A stretch of DNA of 64,000 nucleotides, taken from NCBI GenBank assembly GCA_964016885.1, contig OZ024741.1:221402001-221466000 (forward strand). Direction: 5' to 3'. This document shows, in pieces, positions 24,435-36,000 of this stretch (positions are counted from its first letter, which is position 1; each line of letters begins with the position of its first letter). This DNA comes from Eledone cirrhosa (Eukaryota). Both the position numbers and the translations under genes were made by a program. The notes beneath the pieces are model-generated. The model did no database searches and was not told the DNA's origin. It saw only the letters and a list, made by a program, of their open reading frames with translations.

Positions 24435-24438
24435 TTAC
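24004..24438. repeat. ~85-94-bp compound tandem repeat (ttgtaagttactcaMcactgttgaag + TA/CA tract), 4 copies
   Basis: Anchor motif at about 24006, 24089, 24183 and 24276. Confidence 0.85.
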
Positions 24439-24610
24439 ATCATCATCATCATCATCATCATATAACATCTATTTTCCACACTAGCATGGGTTAGACGGTT
24501 GTGTCCCATTAGAGGCAAGATGGGTCGGGTGACCATGTCTCGCTCATATAAGACTGTTTCTGGCTTGATTTCTAAGGATGGATGCCCTTCCTAATGCCAA
24601 CCACATTGAG
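24439..24610 (-). mobile_element. RTE-type 3' end running directly into the 48-bp array
   Basis: (cat)n, ttccacactagcatgggttagac, ggatgcccttcctaatgccaaccac. Confidence 0.8.
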
Positions 24611-26270
24611 AGTGTGGACTGGGTGCTTTTTGTTGTGACACCCACATGACCACTTCACCATGTTGGCTGGATGCTTTATGTTGTGACACCAACATGATCA
24701 CTTTACAGTGTTGGCTGGATGCTTTTTGTTGTGACACCAACATGACCACTTTATAGTGTGGACTGAGTGATTTTTGTAATGACCCCTACACGACCACTTT
24801 ACAGTGTGGACTGGGTGCTTTTTGTCATGACTCCTACACGACCACTTTACAGTGTGGACTGGGTGCTTTTTGTCATGACTCCTACATGACCACTTTACCG
24901 TGAGGACTGGATGCTTTTTGTCATGACTCCTACACGACCACTTTACAGTGTGAACTGGGTGCTTTTTGTCATGACTCCTACACGACCACTTTACCGTGAG
25001 GACTGGATGCTTTTTGTCATGACTCCTACACGACCACTTTACAGTGTGAACTGGGTGCTTTTTGTCATGACTCCTACACGACCACTTTACCGTGAGGACT
25101 GGATGCTTTTTGTCATGACTCCTACACGACCACTTTACAGTGTGGACTGGGTGTTTTTTGTCATGACTCACTCCTACACGACCACTTTACCGTGAGGACT
25201 GGATGCTTTTTGTCATGACTCCTACATGACCACTTTACAGTGTGGACTGGGTGCTTTTTGTCATGACTCCTACACGACCACTTTACAGTGTGAACTGGGT
25301 GCTTTTTGTCATGACTCCTACACGACCACTTTACCGTGAGGACTGGATGCTTTTTGTCATGACTCCTACATGACCACTTTACAGTGTGGACTGGGTGCTT
25401 TTTGTCATGACTCCTACATGACCACTTTACAGTGTGGACTGGGTGCTTTTTGTCATGACTCCTACATGACCACTTTACAGTGTGGACTGGGTGCTTTTTG
25501 TCATGACTCCTACATGACCACTTTACAGTGTGGACTGGGTGCTTTTTGTCATGACTCCTACATGACCACTTTATAGTGTGGACTGGGTGCTTTTTGTCAT
25601 GACTCCTACATGACCACTTTATAGTGTGGACTGGGTGCTTTTTGTCATGACTCCTACATGACCACTTTATAGTGTGGACTGGGTGCTTTTTGTCATGACT
25701 CCTACATGACCACTTTACGTGAGGACTGGATGCTTTTTGTCATGACTCCTACACGACCACTTTACAGTGTGGACTGGGTGCTTTTTGTCATGACTCCTAC
25801 ATGACCACTTTATAGTGTGGACTGGGTGCTTTTTGTCATGATTCCTACATGACCACTTTACAGTGTGGACTGGGTGCTTTTTGTCATGACTCCTACATGA
25901 TCACTTTACAGTGTGGACTGGGTGCTTTTTGTCATGACTCCTACATGACCACTTTATAGTGTGGACTGGGTGCTTTTTGTCATGATTCCTACATGACCAC
26001 TTTACAGTGTGGACTGGGTGCTTTTTGTCATGACTCCTACATGACCACTTTATAGTGTGGACTGGGTGCTTTTTGTCATGACTCCTACATGACCACTTTA
26101 CAGTGTGGACTGGGTGCTTTTTGTCATGACTCCTATACGACCACTTTACCGTGAGGACTGGATGCTTTTTGTCATGACTCCTACACGACCACTTTACAGT
26201 GAGGACTGGGTGCTTTTTGTCATGACTCCTACATGACCACTTTACAGTGTGGGCTGGATGCTTTTTTGTT
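24605..26270. repeat. 48-bp minisatellite (gactcctacaYgaccactttacagtgtggactgggtgctttttgtcat), roughly 34 copies
   Basis: 48-bp period (24781 to 24829); accounts for the SHDKKHPVHTVKWSCR ORFs. Confidence 0.95.
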
Positions 26271-26320
26271 ATGATATATATATATTTGTGACTGAGAGTA
26301 CTCAATACTGAAGTAGAGTT

Positions 26321-26484
26321 TAAATATTCATTTTATCTTATCAAGGCTAAGTAGTGATTCTTGTTACTCTGGAGTTTCACCTGTTTATCACAGAGTTCTT
26401 GTCTGATGAACCTGTGATAAACAGGTGAAACTCCAGAGTAATAAGACTCACTATTTAACCTTAATAAAATAAAATGAATATTTA
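26321..26484 (+). mobile_element. Miniature Penelope-like fold-back insertion (~73-bp inverted arms 26321-26393 / 26412-26484)
   Basis: Arms are reverse complements with about 6 mismatches; overlaps a hammerhead and aataaa. Confidence 0.75.
26397..26446 (+). ncRNA. Type-I hammerhead ribozyme motif
   Basis: tcttgt-CTGATGA-acctgt gataa acaggt-GAAA-ctccaga-GTA-ataaga; all three stems pair. Confidence 0.9.
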
Positions 26485-26755
26485 TACATACATAGATACA
26501 TATATACATAATCATCACTCTGCTTTTGGTCCTCAACTAAATATGCCATGTTGACACTTCTAGCTACAGCTTTAAAATCTTCTGAAAGAAAGCAATCTGT
26601 AACTAGAGATCCTTTGGTTTAATGGTTAACATACATACCCTCCCAGTGTCTGAGAGATATGTGGTTTGATTCCTTGTATGCATCTCTGTCCATTTTTACT
26701 GTATCTCCATAAATACTTTACCCAAATTTCTCAACTATTTGTTATAGTGATCAAC

Positions 26756-26945
26756 TCGGTGGATTGGCAGTATCAGTAGAGGGGCGGATGCCATGCTTTG
26801 ATGCACAGAGTTACGGCCCTTGCCATTCTGAGTTCAAATCCTGCCGAGCTTAACTTTGCCTTTCATCCTTATGGGGTAGATAAAATAAAGTACCAGTAAT
26901 GCACTGGGTAATTGCTGGCCTTGTGCCAAAAGTAGAAACAATTAT
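26756..26945 (+). mobile_element. tRNA-derived SINE, family A
   Basis: Matches the 9150 copy. Confidence 0.85.
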
Positions 26946-27074
26946 AGTTATTTACATTGGGAGGACAACATTTCGAATGTTAATCTAATTATTATATTGC
27001 AATATTTAGTTATGGACCTTTAGATTCTGAGTTCAAATCTTGCCACAGTAATCTTCAGCTTTTATTTTACCAGT

Positions 27075-27575
27075 GTCCTGTAAAGTTGTTGTGTTGGTGA
27101 CAAAAAATGCACCCAGTTCAACCTGTAAGGGTGTTGTGTTGGTAAGATGAGAAAATGCACCCAGTCCACCCTGTAAGGGGATCATGTTAGTGACACAGCA
27201 AAAAGCACTTAGTCTACCCTGTAAGGGGGTCATGATAGTGACATGATAAAAAAGCACCCAGTCCATCATATAATATGGTGGTGCTGGTGACATGACAAAC
27301 AGCACCCAGTACACCCGGTAAAGTGGTCATGTTTGTTGACAACTAAAAGGTTCACATACCACCCTGTTAGATGGTCATGTTGCTGCCCTGATAAAAAGCA
27401 CCTCATCCACACTGTAAGGTGGTTGGTATTAAGAAGGTCATTCAGTTGTAGAAACCTAACCAAATTACAGATCCATATGAGCAAGGTATGGTCACCTGAC
27501 CTGGCCTATCTCACAACAAGACAGCTGATCTAACCCAGGAAAATGTGGAAAAATAGACATTAAATGGTGATGATC
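27075..27575 (+). mobile_element. RTE-type 3' tail with about 7 degenerate ~48-50-bp repeats
   Basis: aaaagcacccagtccac..ctgtaag units are the reverse complement of the 48-mer; ends gtggaaaaatagacattaaatggtgatgat. Confidence 0.7.
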
Positions 27576-27920
27576 ATCATCATCGCCATCATCATTATTT
27601 TATGTCTGTTGTTCCATGTTTACATTGGTTGGACAGGTCCTTCTCAGTACAGCATTTCTCCGCTTTTGATGTTCTCCACTTTGTCCTCTTCTCCCTGACC
27701 TTTAGCAATCTGAGATTCACTCTCACCACTTCCACCAGGTCTTCCTTAGTCTTCCTCTATTGCAGCTTCCTTACACTGGGATTATTTGGCACTTCTTCAC
27801 CCAGCAATCATCAGATCATCATCCATGCACATCACAAGTCCATACCAACACAGTCTCCCCTCTCCTGTACACTACATCTGATTCCTCTTATACCCAGTTT
27901 CTCTCTCAGTTCAGCCATGA
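27572..27920 (-). mobile_element. Decayed RTE-clade LINE 3' fragment
   Basis: Minus strand resembles KLGIRGIRCSVQERRLCWYG..WVKKC..GRLRKTWWKVV. Confidence 0.75.
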
Positions 27921-28129
27921 TGTCTATAAAATACAACACCAATCAAGTATCAAGGTTGATTTAATTAACTTACCACTCCCCTCCCTCCACAAAATTGCTG
28001 GCCTAGTGCCTATATGAGAAATATTTATGATGAGGATAATTGTAATGTTACTTGATAAAGTGCATAGCTCGGAGATCAGAGTCACTCCAGGTAGAGCTGC
28101 CACTTCTCTGAATTGAGAGATCACAGCTC

Positions 28130-28412
28130 CGATATTATGGAGATGTTTTAGAATGTCTCAGGAAAGAACCAATGGACAGATTTTACAGGCAAAACCAACG
28201 GCAGGAGACCCAGGGGTAGACCCTGAACAAGATGGTTGGATAACATCCATAAGCTTGGCTGGTCTCATTTGGAAATTCAGCTGGATCAGTTGGAGATGGT
28301 TGCTTCTGACAGGACCAGCTGGACGGAGTGTTTGAGGACTCTGCCCCCACAACCCTCCCAGGAATAAGTGGGCAAAGAAGAAGGAGGAATCCTGCTGAAG
28401 TCATCTTCATCA
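28130..28412 (+). mobile_element. 3' end of a different RTE-clade family
   Basis: RMSQER..QILQAKP, then frameshifted RRPRGRP*TRWLDNI..W..L.PQP. Confidence 0.6.
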
Positions 28413-28456
28413 TTCATTACAAACCAAAATGTGAGAACTTTTATTTGGTTACTTCG

Positions 28457-28635
28457 TCTGCTAGAAATAGCAGCCAAATGATAGAACCGTTATTGCGTTA
28501 CTTGGTCTGCTAGAAATAGCAGCCAAATGATAGAACCGTTATTGCGTTACTTGGTCTGCTAGAAATAGCAGCCAAAATCAGTGAACCATTATTAGGTTGG
28601 TTGATCTGTTAGAAATAGCAGCCAAAATCTCCCCC
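28457..28635. repeat. ~49-bp tandem repeat (tctgctagaaatagcagccaaa...), 4 copies of the anchor
   Basis: tagaaatagcagccaaa at about 28462, 28511, 28560 and 28610. Confidence 0.85.
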
Positions 28636-28827
28636 AATCCCATTGAATCATCTTTAAATTAAACGGTGGGGGAAGGAAACATTGTATAATCTGGTTCTGG
28701 GTACATAGGAAACACACAAGATGGTTGCTAGACACAGCTGCTAAACCTCTGATCAAAAGTCTGCTTCATCAAGGCTGACCTGGGGGTAAATAAAACAATG
28801 AATACCAACAACGAATACCAGTAATAT

Positions 28828-29120
28828 AATTGTTTCTACTTTAGGCACAATGCCAGCAATTAGCCAGTGCATTACTGGTACTTTATTTTATCGACCCCGT
28901 AAGGATGAAAGGCAAAGTCAACCTCGGCGGGATTTGAACTCAGATCGTAAAGGGACGTAACCATGCTAATGATTTCTGATGTAGGCACAAGGCCAACAAT
29001 TTTAGGTGAAGGGAAAGTCGATGGAATTGACCCCAGTTCATTACCGGTACTTTATTTAATTTAAGCTAACCTCGGCGGGATTTAAACTCAGAACGTAAAG
29101 GGGCGTAACTCTATGCCGCC
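28828..29120 (-). mobile_element. Two adjacent family-A SINE fragments
   Basis: Two aacctcggcgggattt.aactcaga segments; gaataccagtaatataat appears on both sides (28814 and 29124), a candidate target-site duplication. Confidence 0.8.
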
Positions 29121-29299
29121 CTTGAATACCAGTAATATAATGAGGTTAAATTCAATTTAATTAATTGAACCTGTTCCACCATGAACAATTGATCTTATGC
29201 TCCTATGAGAAATGAATTTTACATAAAAAAGAATTTATCATTACAACACTACACCAAGCATTTAGGAAGAGTTATTGATGTGAGGTCCCCATAACAAAC

Positions 29300-29850
29300 T
29301 TCTCCATATTGTCCAATCATCTACATCTCCCCCATCACCTGGCTTCTATTTCCTCCTCCATCATCTTTAGTCACGTCTTTCTTAGTCTTCCCTTTCCTTT
29401 CCTTCCTTCCACATTCATTCCCATCACTCTCTCACCTAGTCACTTTCATCATTCCTCAACACATGACCTAGCCATCAATTACTCTTCACAACATTCATCA
29501 CTGACTCTATTCCTCTTACCCAGTCACTTTCTTCATTCCTCAACACATGACCCAACCATCTCATTCTATTTCTCTTCACAACATTCATCACTGACTATTC
29601 CTCTCACCCAGTCACTTTCATCATTCCTCAACACATGACCCAACCATCTCATTCTATTTTTCTTCACAACATTCATCACTGACTCTATTCCTCTCACCCA
29701 GTCACTTTCTTCATTCCTCAACACATGACCCAACCATCTCATTCTATTTCTCTTCACAACATTCATCACTGACTCTATTCCTCTCACCCAGTCACTTTCT
29801 TCATTCCTCAACACATGACCCAACCATCTCAATCCCTTTCTCTTCATCAC
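29300..29850 (-). repeat. RTE 3' fragment containing a 90-bp tandem amplification (about 5 copies) of its RWLGHV coding segment
   Basis: cagtcac at 29609, 29699, 29789; ORF repeats MRWLGHVLRNEESDWVRGIESVMNVVKRNR. Confidence 0.85.
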
Positions 29851-30084
29851 ATTTATTGCCGGCTCTCTATTCTCCCAACCTGAACCTGTTGGACTACTAC
29901 ATATGAGACATAGTTGAGAGGGAAGTCATTCAATGACCCCATAACACCATAACATCGCTGAAGACCTCCATAACTAGCACAATGCCCCAAAATAGATCAA
30001 GATCAACTAATTTTGGCCTATTAACGTTTCAGACCTCGTATTGAAGCAGTCATCTATGTTAAATTCATGGCAGATTCATTTGGT

Positions 30085-30780
30085 AGATTGTCAAGAAGGC
30101 CAAGGGTGTCTTAGCATCACTCAGCAAGACCTTTGTCAGCCGCTCTCCAGCTATCTATTTAAAGCTGTATATAGTTATGGTGCAGCCACACTTAGAATTT
30201 GCATCACCAGTCTGGAACCCCTACCTTGCTCAGAACATTGATCACCTGGAAACTGTTCAGAGACATGCAACGAAACGAATACCCTCCATCAGGCATCTAC
30301 CATACTCTGAACGCTTTGCTTCCCTGGGCATGGATACATTGAAGCTCCGACGTCTGGCAACTGACTTGGTAAACGCCCACAAAATTATTAACCATCTTGC
30401 CAACAACAACCCTGAGTACCTTTGATTCCCATGTGTCTAACATACGTGGGCATGCCCACAAAGTCAGAAAACAGTACAGCTCCCATGACTTTCAGAAACA
30501 TTTTTTCATGCTCAGAGTTGCTGAAGCATGGAACAAACTACCTGCATCAGTTATTAACTGTCGAGACACTGCATCCTTTAAAACCTCCATGCTTCCTGAG
30601 ATTCGCCAACACTACACCTGATGTCCCCCCCCTCCATACACACGCACACATGTATATCATGACTCATACATTATTCACTTCCCCGACATTTGTATATTAT
30701 TCTATGTACTATACATGCACCTTTGATGAATTGTAGTGCACCTGAGCACTGTACACAATAATTTCATTATTATTATTATA
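30085..30780 (+). mobile_element. CR1-clade LINE 3' fragment (longest copy)
   Basis: MVQPHLEFASPVWNPY..IDHLETVQRHATKRIP..YSERF..LKLRR; ATT tail. Confidence 0.9.
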
Positions 30781-30880
30781 TAGATGCATCAGGAACAGTC
30801 TCAAAATTATTCATGCCAATTTTTTCTAAAATAAATTTCTTCTTTCATGACATATGCTTCTTTTACTAAATTCATACAAA

Positions 30881-31240
30881 TCATCATCATCATCATTTTA
30901 CGTCCGCTTTTCCCTGCTTGCAAGGGTGGGATGGGCCCTGGGCTCTATTCAGCACAGCATCTCTCCACTTGTCATTGTCCTTTGTCATCTTCTCCGTGAG
31001 CTTCAGCGATCTGAGGTCTGCTCTCACCACCTCCGCCCATGTTTTCCGTAGTCTTCCTCTACTGCGTCTTCCTTCAACTGACATTTCTTGGCACTTCTTT
31101 ACCCAGCGGTCATCCTCCATGCACATCATATGTCCATACCATTTCAGTCTTCTCTCCTGCACACTACAACTTATCCCTCTTAAACACAGTTTCTCTCTCA
31201 ACACATCCATGCTCGGTTGTTCACGCACATTGACAAATGT
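30881..31240 (-). mobile_element. RTE-clade LINE 3' fragment (subfamily of 19893-21773)
   Basis: LREKLCLRGISCSVQERRLKWYGH..GRLRKTWAEVV. Confidence 0.88.
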
Positions 31241-31614
31241 TCTAAAAATACTGAGCAACCCTGTATATATCTGTATTTATATATTTTTACCTGAGTACAT
31301 TGAAGTTACGAAAATATTCAACAACAGAACCTTCTAGCTATTTTACAGCTTCCCTTGCTTTCCAGTTTTTCTTTATCTTTTTTATGCATATTTTGCCTCC
31401 TGTTGGCCTTTCCTATTTTATTTTTTTTTCATTTGATTTTGATTTGATTTTAATTTATTTTATTTTTATATTCACTTATCTCTGTCTATCCTGCTTTTTT
31501 GTTTCTCAACTGTAAGAAGTACTAAATACTTCTCCTAGTCTGCCATGGCTTACTTACTCTGTACAGATGTTTAAATTGATCAAATAAATAAATATGTTTG
31601 TCTTCTCTTTTCAG

Positions 31615-31775
31615 GAGTTCTGAAAGATTATCTACGAGAACTTCCAGAGCCGCTATTTACTAATGTGTTGTACCAAATGTTATTGGACGCCCTTACTGTG
31701 CGTTTACCAGGAGACCCTGATGGAAGTGCCAAACTCATGCTTAGTATTTTAGAATGTTTACCCAAGGCTAATCAG
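31615..31775 (+). CDS. syd-1: Internal exon of a Rho GTPase-activating protein, SYD-1/RhoGAP100F/SYDE family (RhoGAP domain)
   Basis: Acceptor tcttctcttttcAG, donor cagGTaacc; translates (G)VLKDYLRELPEPLFTNVLYQMLLDALTVRLPGDPDGSAKLMLSILECLPKANQ. LKxYLRELPEPL is the RhoGAP signature; the LP.DP.G.AKLMLSIL.CLP.AN stretch matches my recollection of Drosophila RhoGAP100F. Not in the ORF track. Confidence 0.9.
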
Positions 31776-31964
31776 GTAACCCTTGCTTTTGTTTTCATTT
31801 TTAGAGAGGTGACACAATCTTTGGATTGACAAACAAAATGTTGCACAAATTTGTTGCAGTTTTCATATTTTAGAGAAAGGACACAATCTTTGGATTAATA
31901 GACAAAATGTCGTACAAAAATGATGATGACATTACTTTTTCTGTTGGTTCTAGTAGTGTGAATG

Positions 31965-32090
31965 TACATGGCTTAGTGGTTAAAGTATTTGGTTCATGAT
32001 CATCAGTTCATGAGTTTGATTTCTGATGACATATTGTATCTTTGAGCAAGACATTTTATTTCATACTGCTCCAGTTCACTCAGCTGTGTG
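31965..32090 (+). mobile_element. tRNA-derived SINE, family B (decayed)
   Basis: acatggcttagtggttaaag...tttgagcaagacattttatttcatactgctccagttcactcagctg. Confidence 0.75.
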
Positions 32091-33054
32091 GACAATGAAA
32101 CACGGTACCAGTAACACACTGGGTCAATTTAATCAAGTTTCTCCACCCCCAATATTGTTATAATTGTGCCTAAATCAGAAACCATTGTTATTAACCCTTT
32201 TCTTATTGTTAAACAGTGATGATAGCATATTTCTAATGAAAAACACTGATTAGGATTTTGAAGTAATTGTTGTAAATGGGGGGGGGGTAGCTCACCTACC
32301 TCCCGACACGTTTCATCGGTTGATTTTGTTCAGATGGGGTATATCCGTGAGTGCCCTACCCATATAACCACAGGCCAGAATCTATGAACATCTACCCCAA
32401 GATCATACGACAAAAACACATACTCTGTGTATGACAATCCAATCCAAAACCAATGAGTGACCCCTGGACCAACTTCTGTTTACATGACATCACATGAACT
32501 TCTACTTCCTGCAAGGCCCTACATTCCCGTAACAAAATTGACCCTCATATTTCCAGCAATGTGAGAAGGAAAATAATCAGGTATTTAGTGTGATTTAGTA
32601 ATTAAACTAGAAATCTCATTATTAAGCCAGGGTTTAGAACATAACAAAGGTTGTTACATAAAATTACGATAAAAGGATTTTGAATAGATATAAACTTATA
32701 TAGCAAGAATGTACAGTATTTTCACAGATGTTCCCATTACTCATCAGTGAGACAGCAATGCAGCCTGTTATTACAGAAAGAGGGCATTTTGAAGCGCTTA
32801 CGTATCAACGGGGTTAAAAGAATGCCGGTAGTAGTAGGTCAAACAAAATCCTATATGGAATGTGTTGCCTCCCTTTACATTTTCAGGGTAAAATCTTGCT
32901 GCAGTCACCTTTAGATTTTATCTTTCAAGGGTTAATAGTAGTAAATAGTAATTCATTATTCTTTGGGTATAAATATCCATTCTTTTAATAGTGTGTTAGA
33001 AATGTAGAAATCGTTAAAATAGCTAAAAAAACATAAAGTGACAGTGATAAATTA

Positions 33055-36000
33055 AATATATTACGATGACAGATACAATATATTACAGTGACAGATACAA
33101 TATATTACTGTGACAGATACAATATATTACAGTGACAGATACAATATATTACAGTGACAGATACAATATATTACTGTGACAGATACAATATATTACAGTG
33201 ACAGATACAATATATTACAGTGACAGATACAATATATTACTGTGACAGATACAATATATTACAGTGACAGATACAATATATTACAGTGACAGATACAATA
33301 TATTACAGTGACAGATACAATATATTACAGTGACAGATACAATATATTACAGTGACAGATACAATATATTACAGTGACAGATACAATATATTACAGTGAC
33401 AGATACAATATATTACAGTGACAGATACAATATATTACAGTGACAGATACAATATATTACAGTGACAGATACAATATATTACAGTGACAGATACAATATA
33501 TTACAGTATCAGGTACAATATATTACAGTGACAGATACAATATATTACAGTGACAGATACAATATATTACAGTGTCAGATACAATATATTACAGTGACAG
33601 ATACAATATATTACAGTGTCAGATACAATATATTACAGTGACAGATACAATATATTACAGTGACAGATACAATATATTACAATGAAATTGGAAGATACAA
33701 TATATTACAGTGACAGACACAATATATTACAGTGACAGATACAATATATTACAGTGACAGATACAATATATTACAGTGACAGATACAATATATTACATTG
33801 ACAGACAATATATTACAGTGACAGATACAATATATTACAGTGACAGATACAATATATTACAGTGACAGGTACAATATATTAGAGTGACAGACACAATATA
33901 TTACAGTGACAGTGAGAGATACAATATATTACAGTGACAGATACAATATATTACATGGACAGATACAATATATTACAGTGACAGATACAATATATTACAG
34001 TGACAGATACAATATATTACAGTGACAAATACAATATATTACAGTAACAGATACAATATATTACAGTGACAGATACAATATATTACAGTGACAGATACAA
34101 TATATTACAGTGACAGATACAATATATTACAGTGACAGACACAATATATTACAGTGACAGTGAGAGATACAATATATTACAGTGACAGATACAATATATT
34201 ACATGGACAGATACAATATATTACAGTGACAGATACAATATATTACAGTGACAGATACAATATATTACAGTGACAAATACAATATATTACAGTAACAGAT
34301 ACAATATATTACATGGACAGATACAATATATTACAGTGACAGATACAATATATTACAGTGACAGATACAATATATTACAGTGACAGACACAATATATTAC
34401 AGTGACAGTGAGAGATACAATATATTACAGTGACAGATACAATATATTACATGGACAGATACAATATATTACAGTGACAGATACAATATATTACAGTGAC
34501 AGATACAATATATTACAGTGACAAATACAATATATTACAGTAACAGATACAATATATTACAGTGACAGATACAATATATTACAGTGACAGATACAATATA
34601 TTACAGTGACAGATACAATATATTACAGTGACAGATACATTATATTACAGTGACAGTGACAGATACAATATATTACAGTGACAGATACAATATATTACAG
34701 TGATAGATACAATATATTACAGTAACAGATACAATATATTACAATGACAGAGACAGATACAATATATTACAGTGACAGATACAATATATTACAGTGACAG
34801 ATACAATATATTACAGTGACAGATACAATATATTACAGTAACAGATACAATATATTACAGTGACAGATACGATATATTACAGTGACAGATACAATATATT
34901 ACAGTGACAGATACAATATATTACAGTGACAGTGACAGAAACAATATATTACAGTGACAGATACAATATATTACAGTGAGAGATACAATATATTACAGTG
35001 ACAGATACAATATATTACAGTGACAGATACAATATATTACAGTGACAGTGACAGATACAATATATTACAGTGACAGATACAATATATTACAGTAACAGAT
35101 ACAATATATTACAGTGACAGTGACAGATACAATATATTACAGTGTCAGATACAATATATCAATTTGACAGATACAATATATTAGAGTGACAGATACAATA
35201 TATTACAGTGACAGATACAATATATTACAGTGACAGATACAATATATTACAATAACAGTGACAGATACAATATATTACAGTGACAGATACAATATATTAC
35301 AGTGACAGATACAATATATTACAGTGACAGATACAATATATTACAGTGACAGATACAATATATTACGATAACAGATACAATATATTACAGTGACAGATAC
35401 AATATATTACAGTGTCAGATACAATATATTACAGTGACAGATACAATATATTACAGTGACAGATACAATATATTACAGTGACAGATACAATATATTACAG
35501 TGTCAGATACAATATATTACAGTGACAGATACATTATATTACAGTGACAGATACGATATATTACGGTGACAGATACAATATATTACAGTGACAGATACAA
35601 TATATTACAGTGACAGTGAGAGATACAATATATTACAGTGACAGATAAAATATATTACTGTAACAGATACAATATATTACAGTGACAGATACAATATATT
35701 ACAGTGATAGATACAATATATTACAGTGACAGATACAATATATTACAGTGTCAGAGACAATATATTACAGTGACAGATACAATATATTTCAGTGACAGAT
35801 ACAATATATTACAGTGACAGTGACAGATACAATATATTACAGTGAGAGATACAATATATTACAGTGACAGATACAATATATTACAGTGACAGATACAATG
35901 TATTACTGTGACAGATACAATATATTACAGTGACAGATACAATATATTACAGTAACAGATACAATATATTACAGGGACAGATACAATATATTACAGTGAC

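Noticed and set aside
24605-26270. CRISPR-like regular array (also 22718-23175)
   Set aside because: No unique spacers, no cas genes, eukaryotic context; units derive from transposable elements
32300-32340. Possible hammerhead on the minus strand (gaaacgtgtcggg)
   Set aside because: Core reads ctgaaca and is mis-spaced from the putative stem II; at best a relic
32705-32760. CTGATGA...GAAA on the minus strand
   Set aside because: Stems I and III do not pair; chance match
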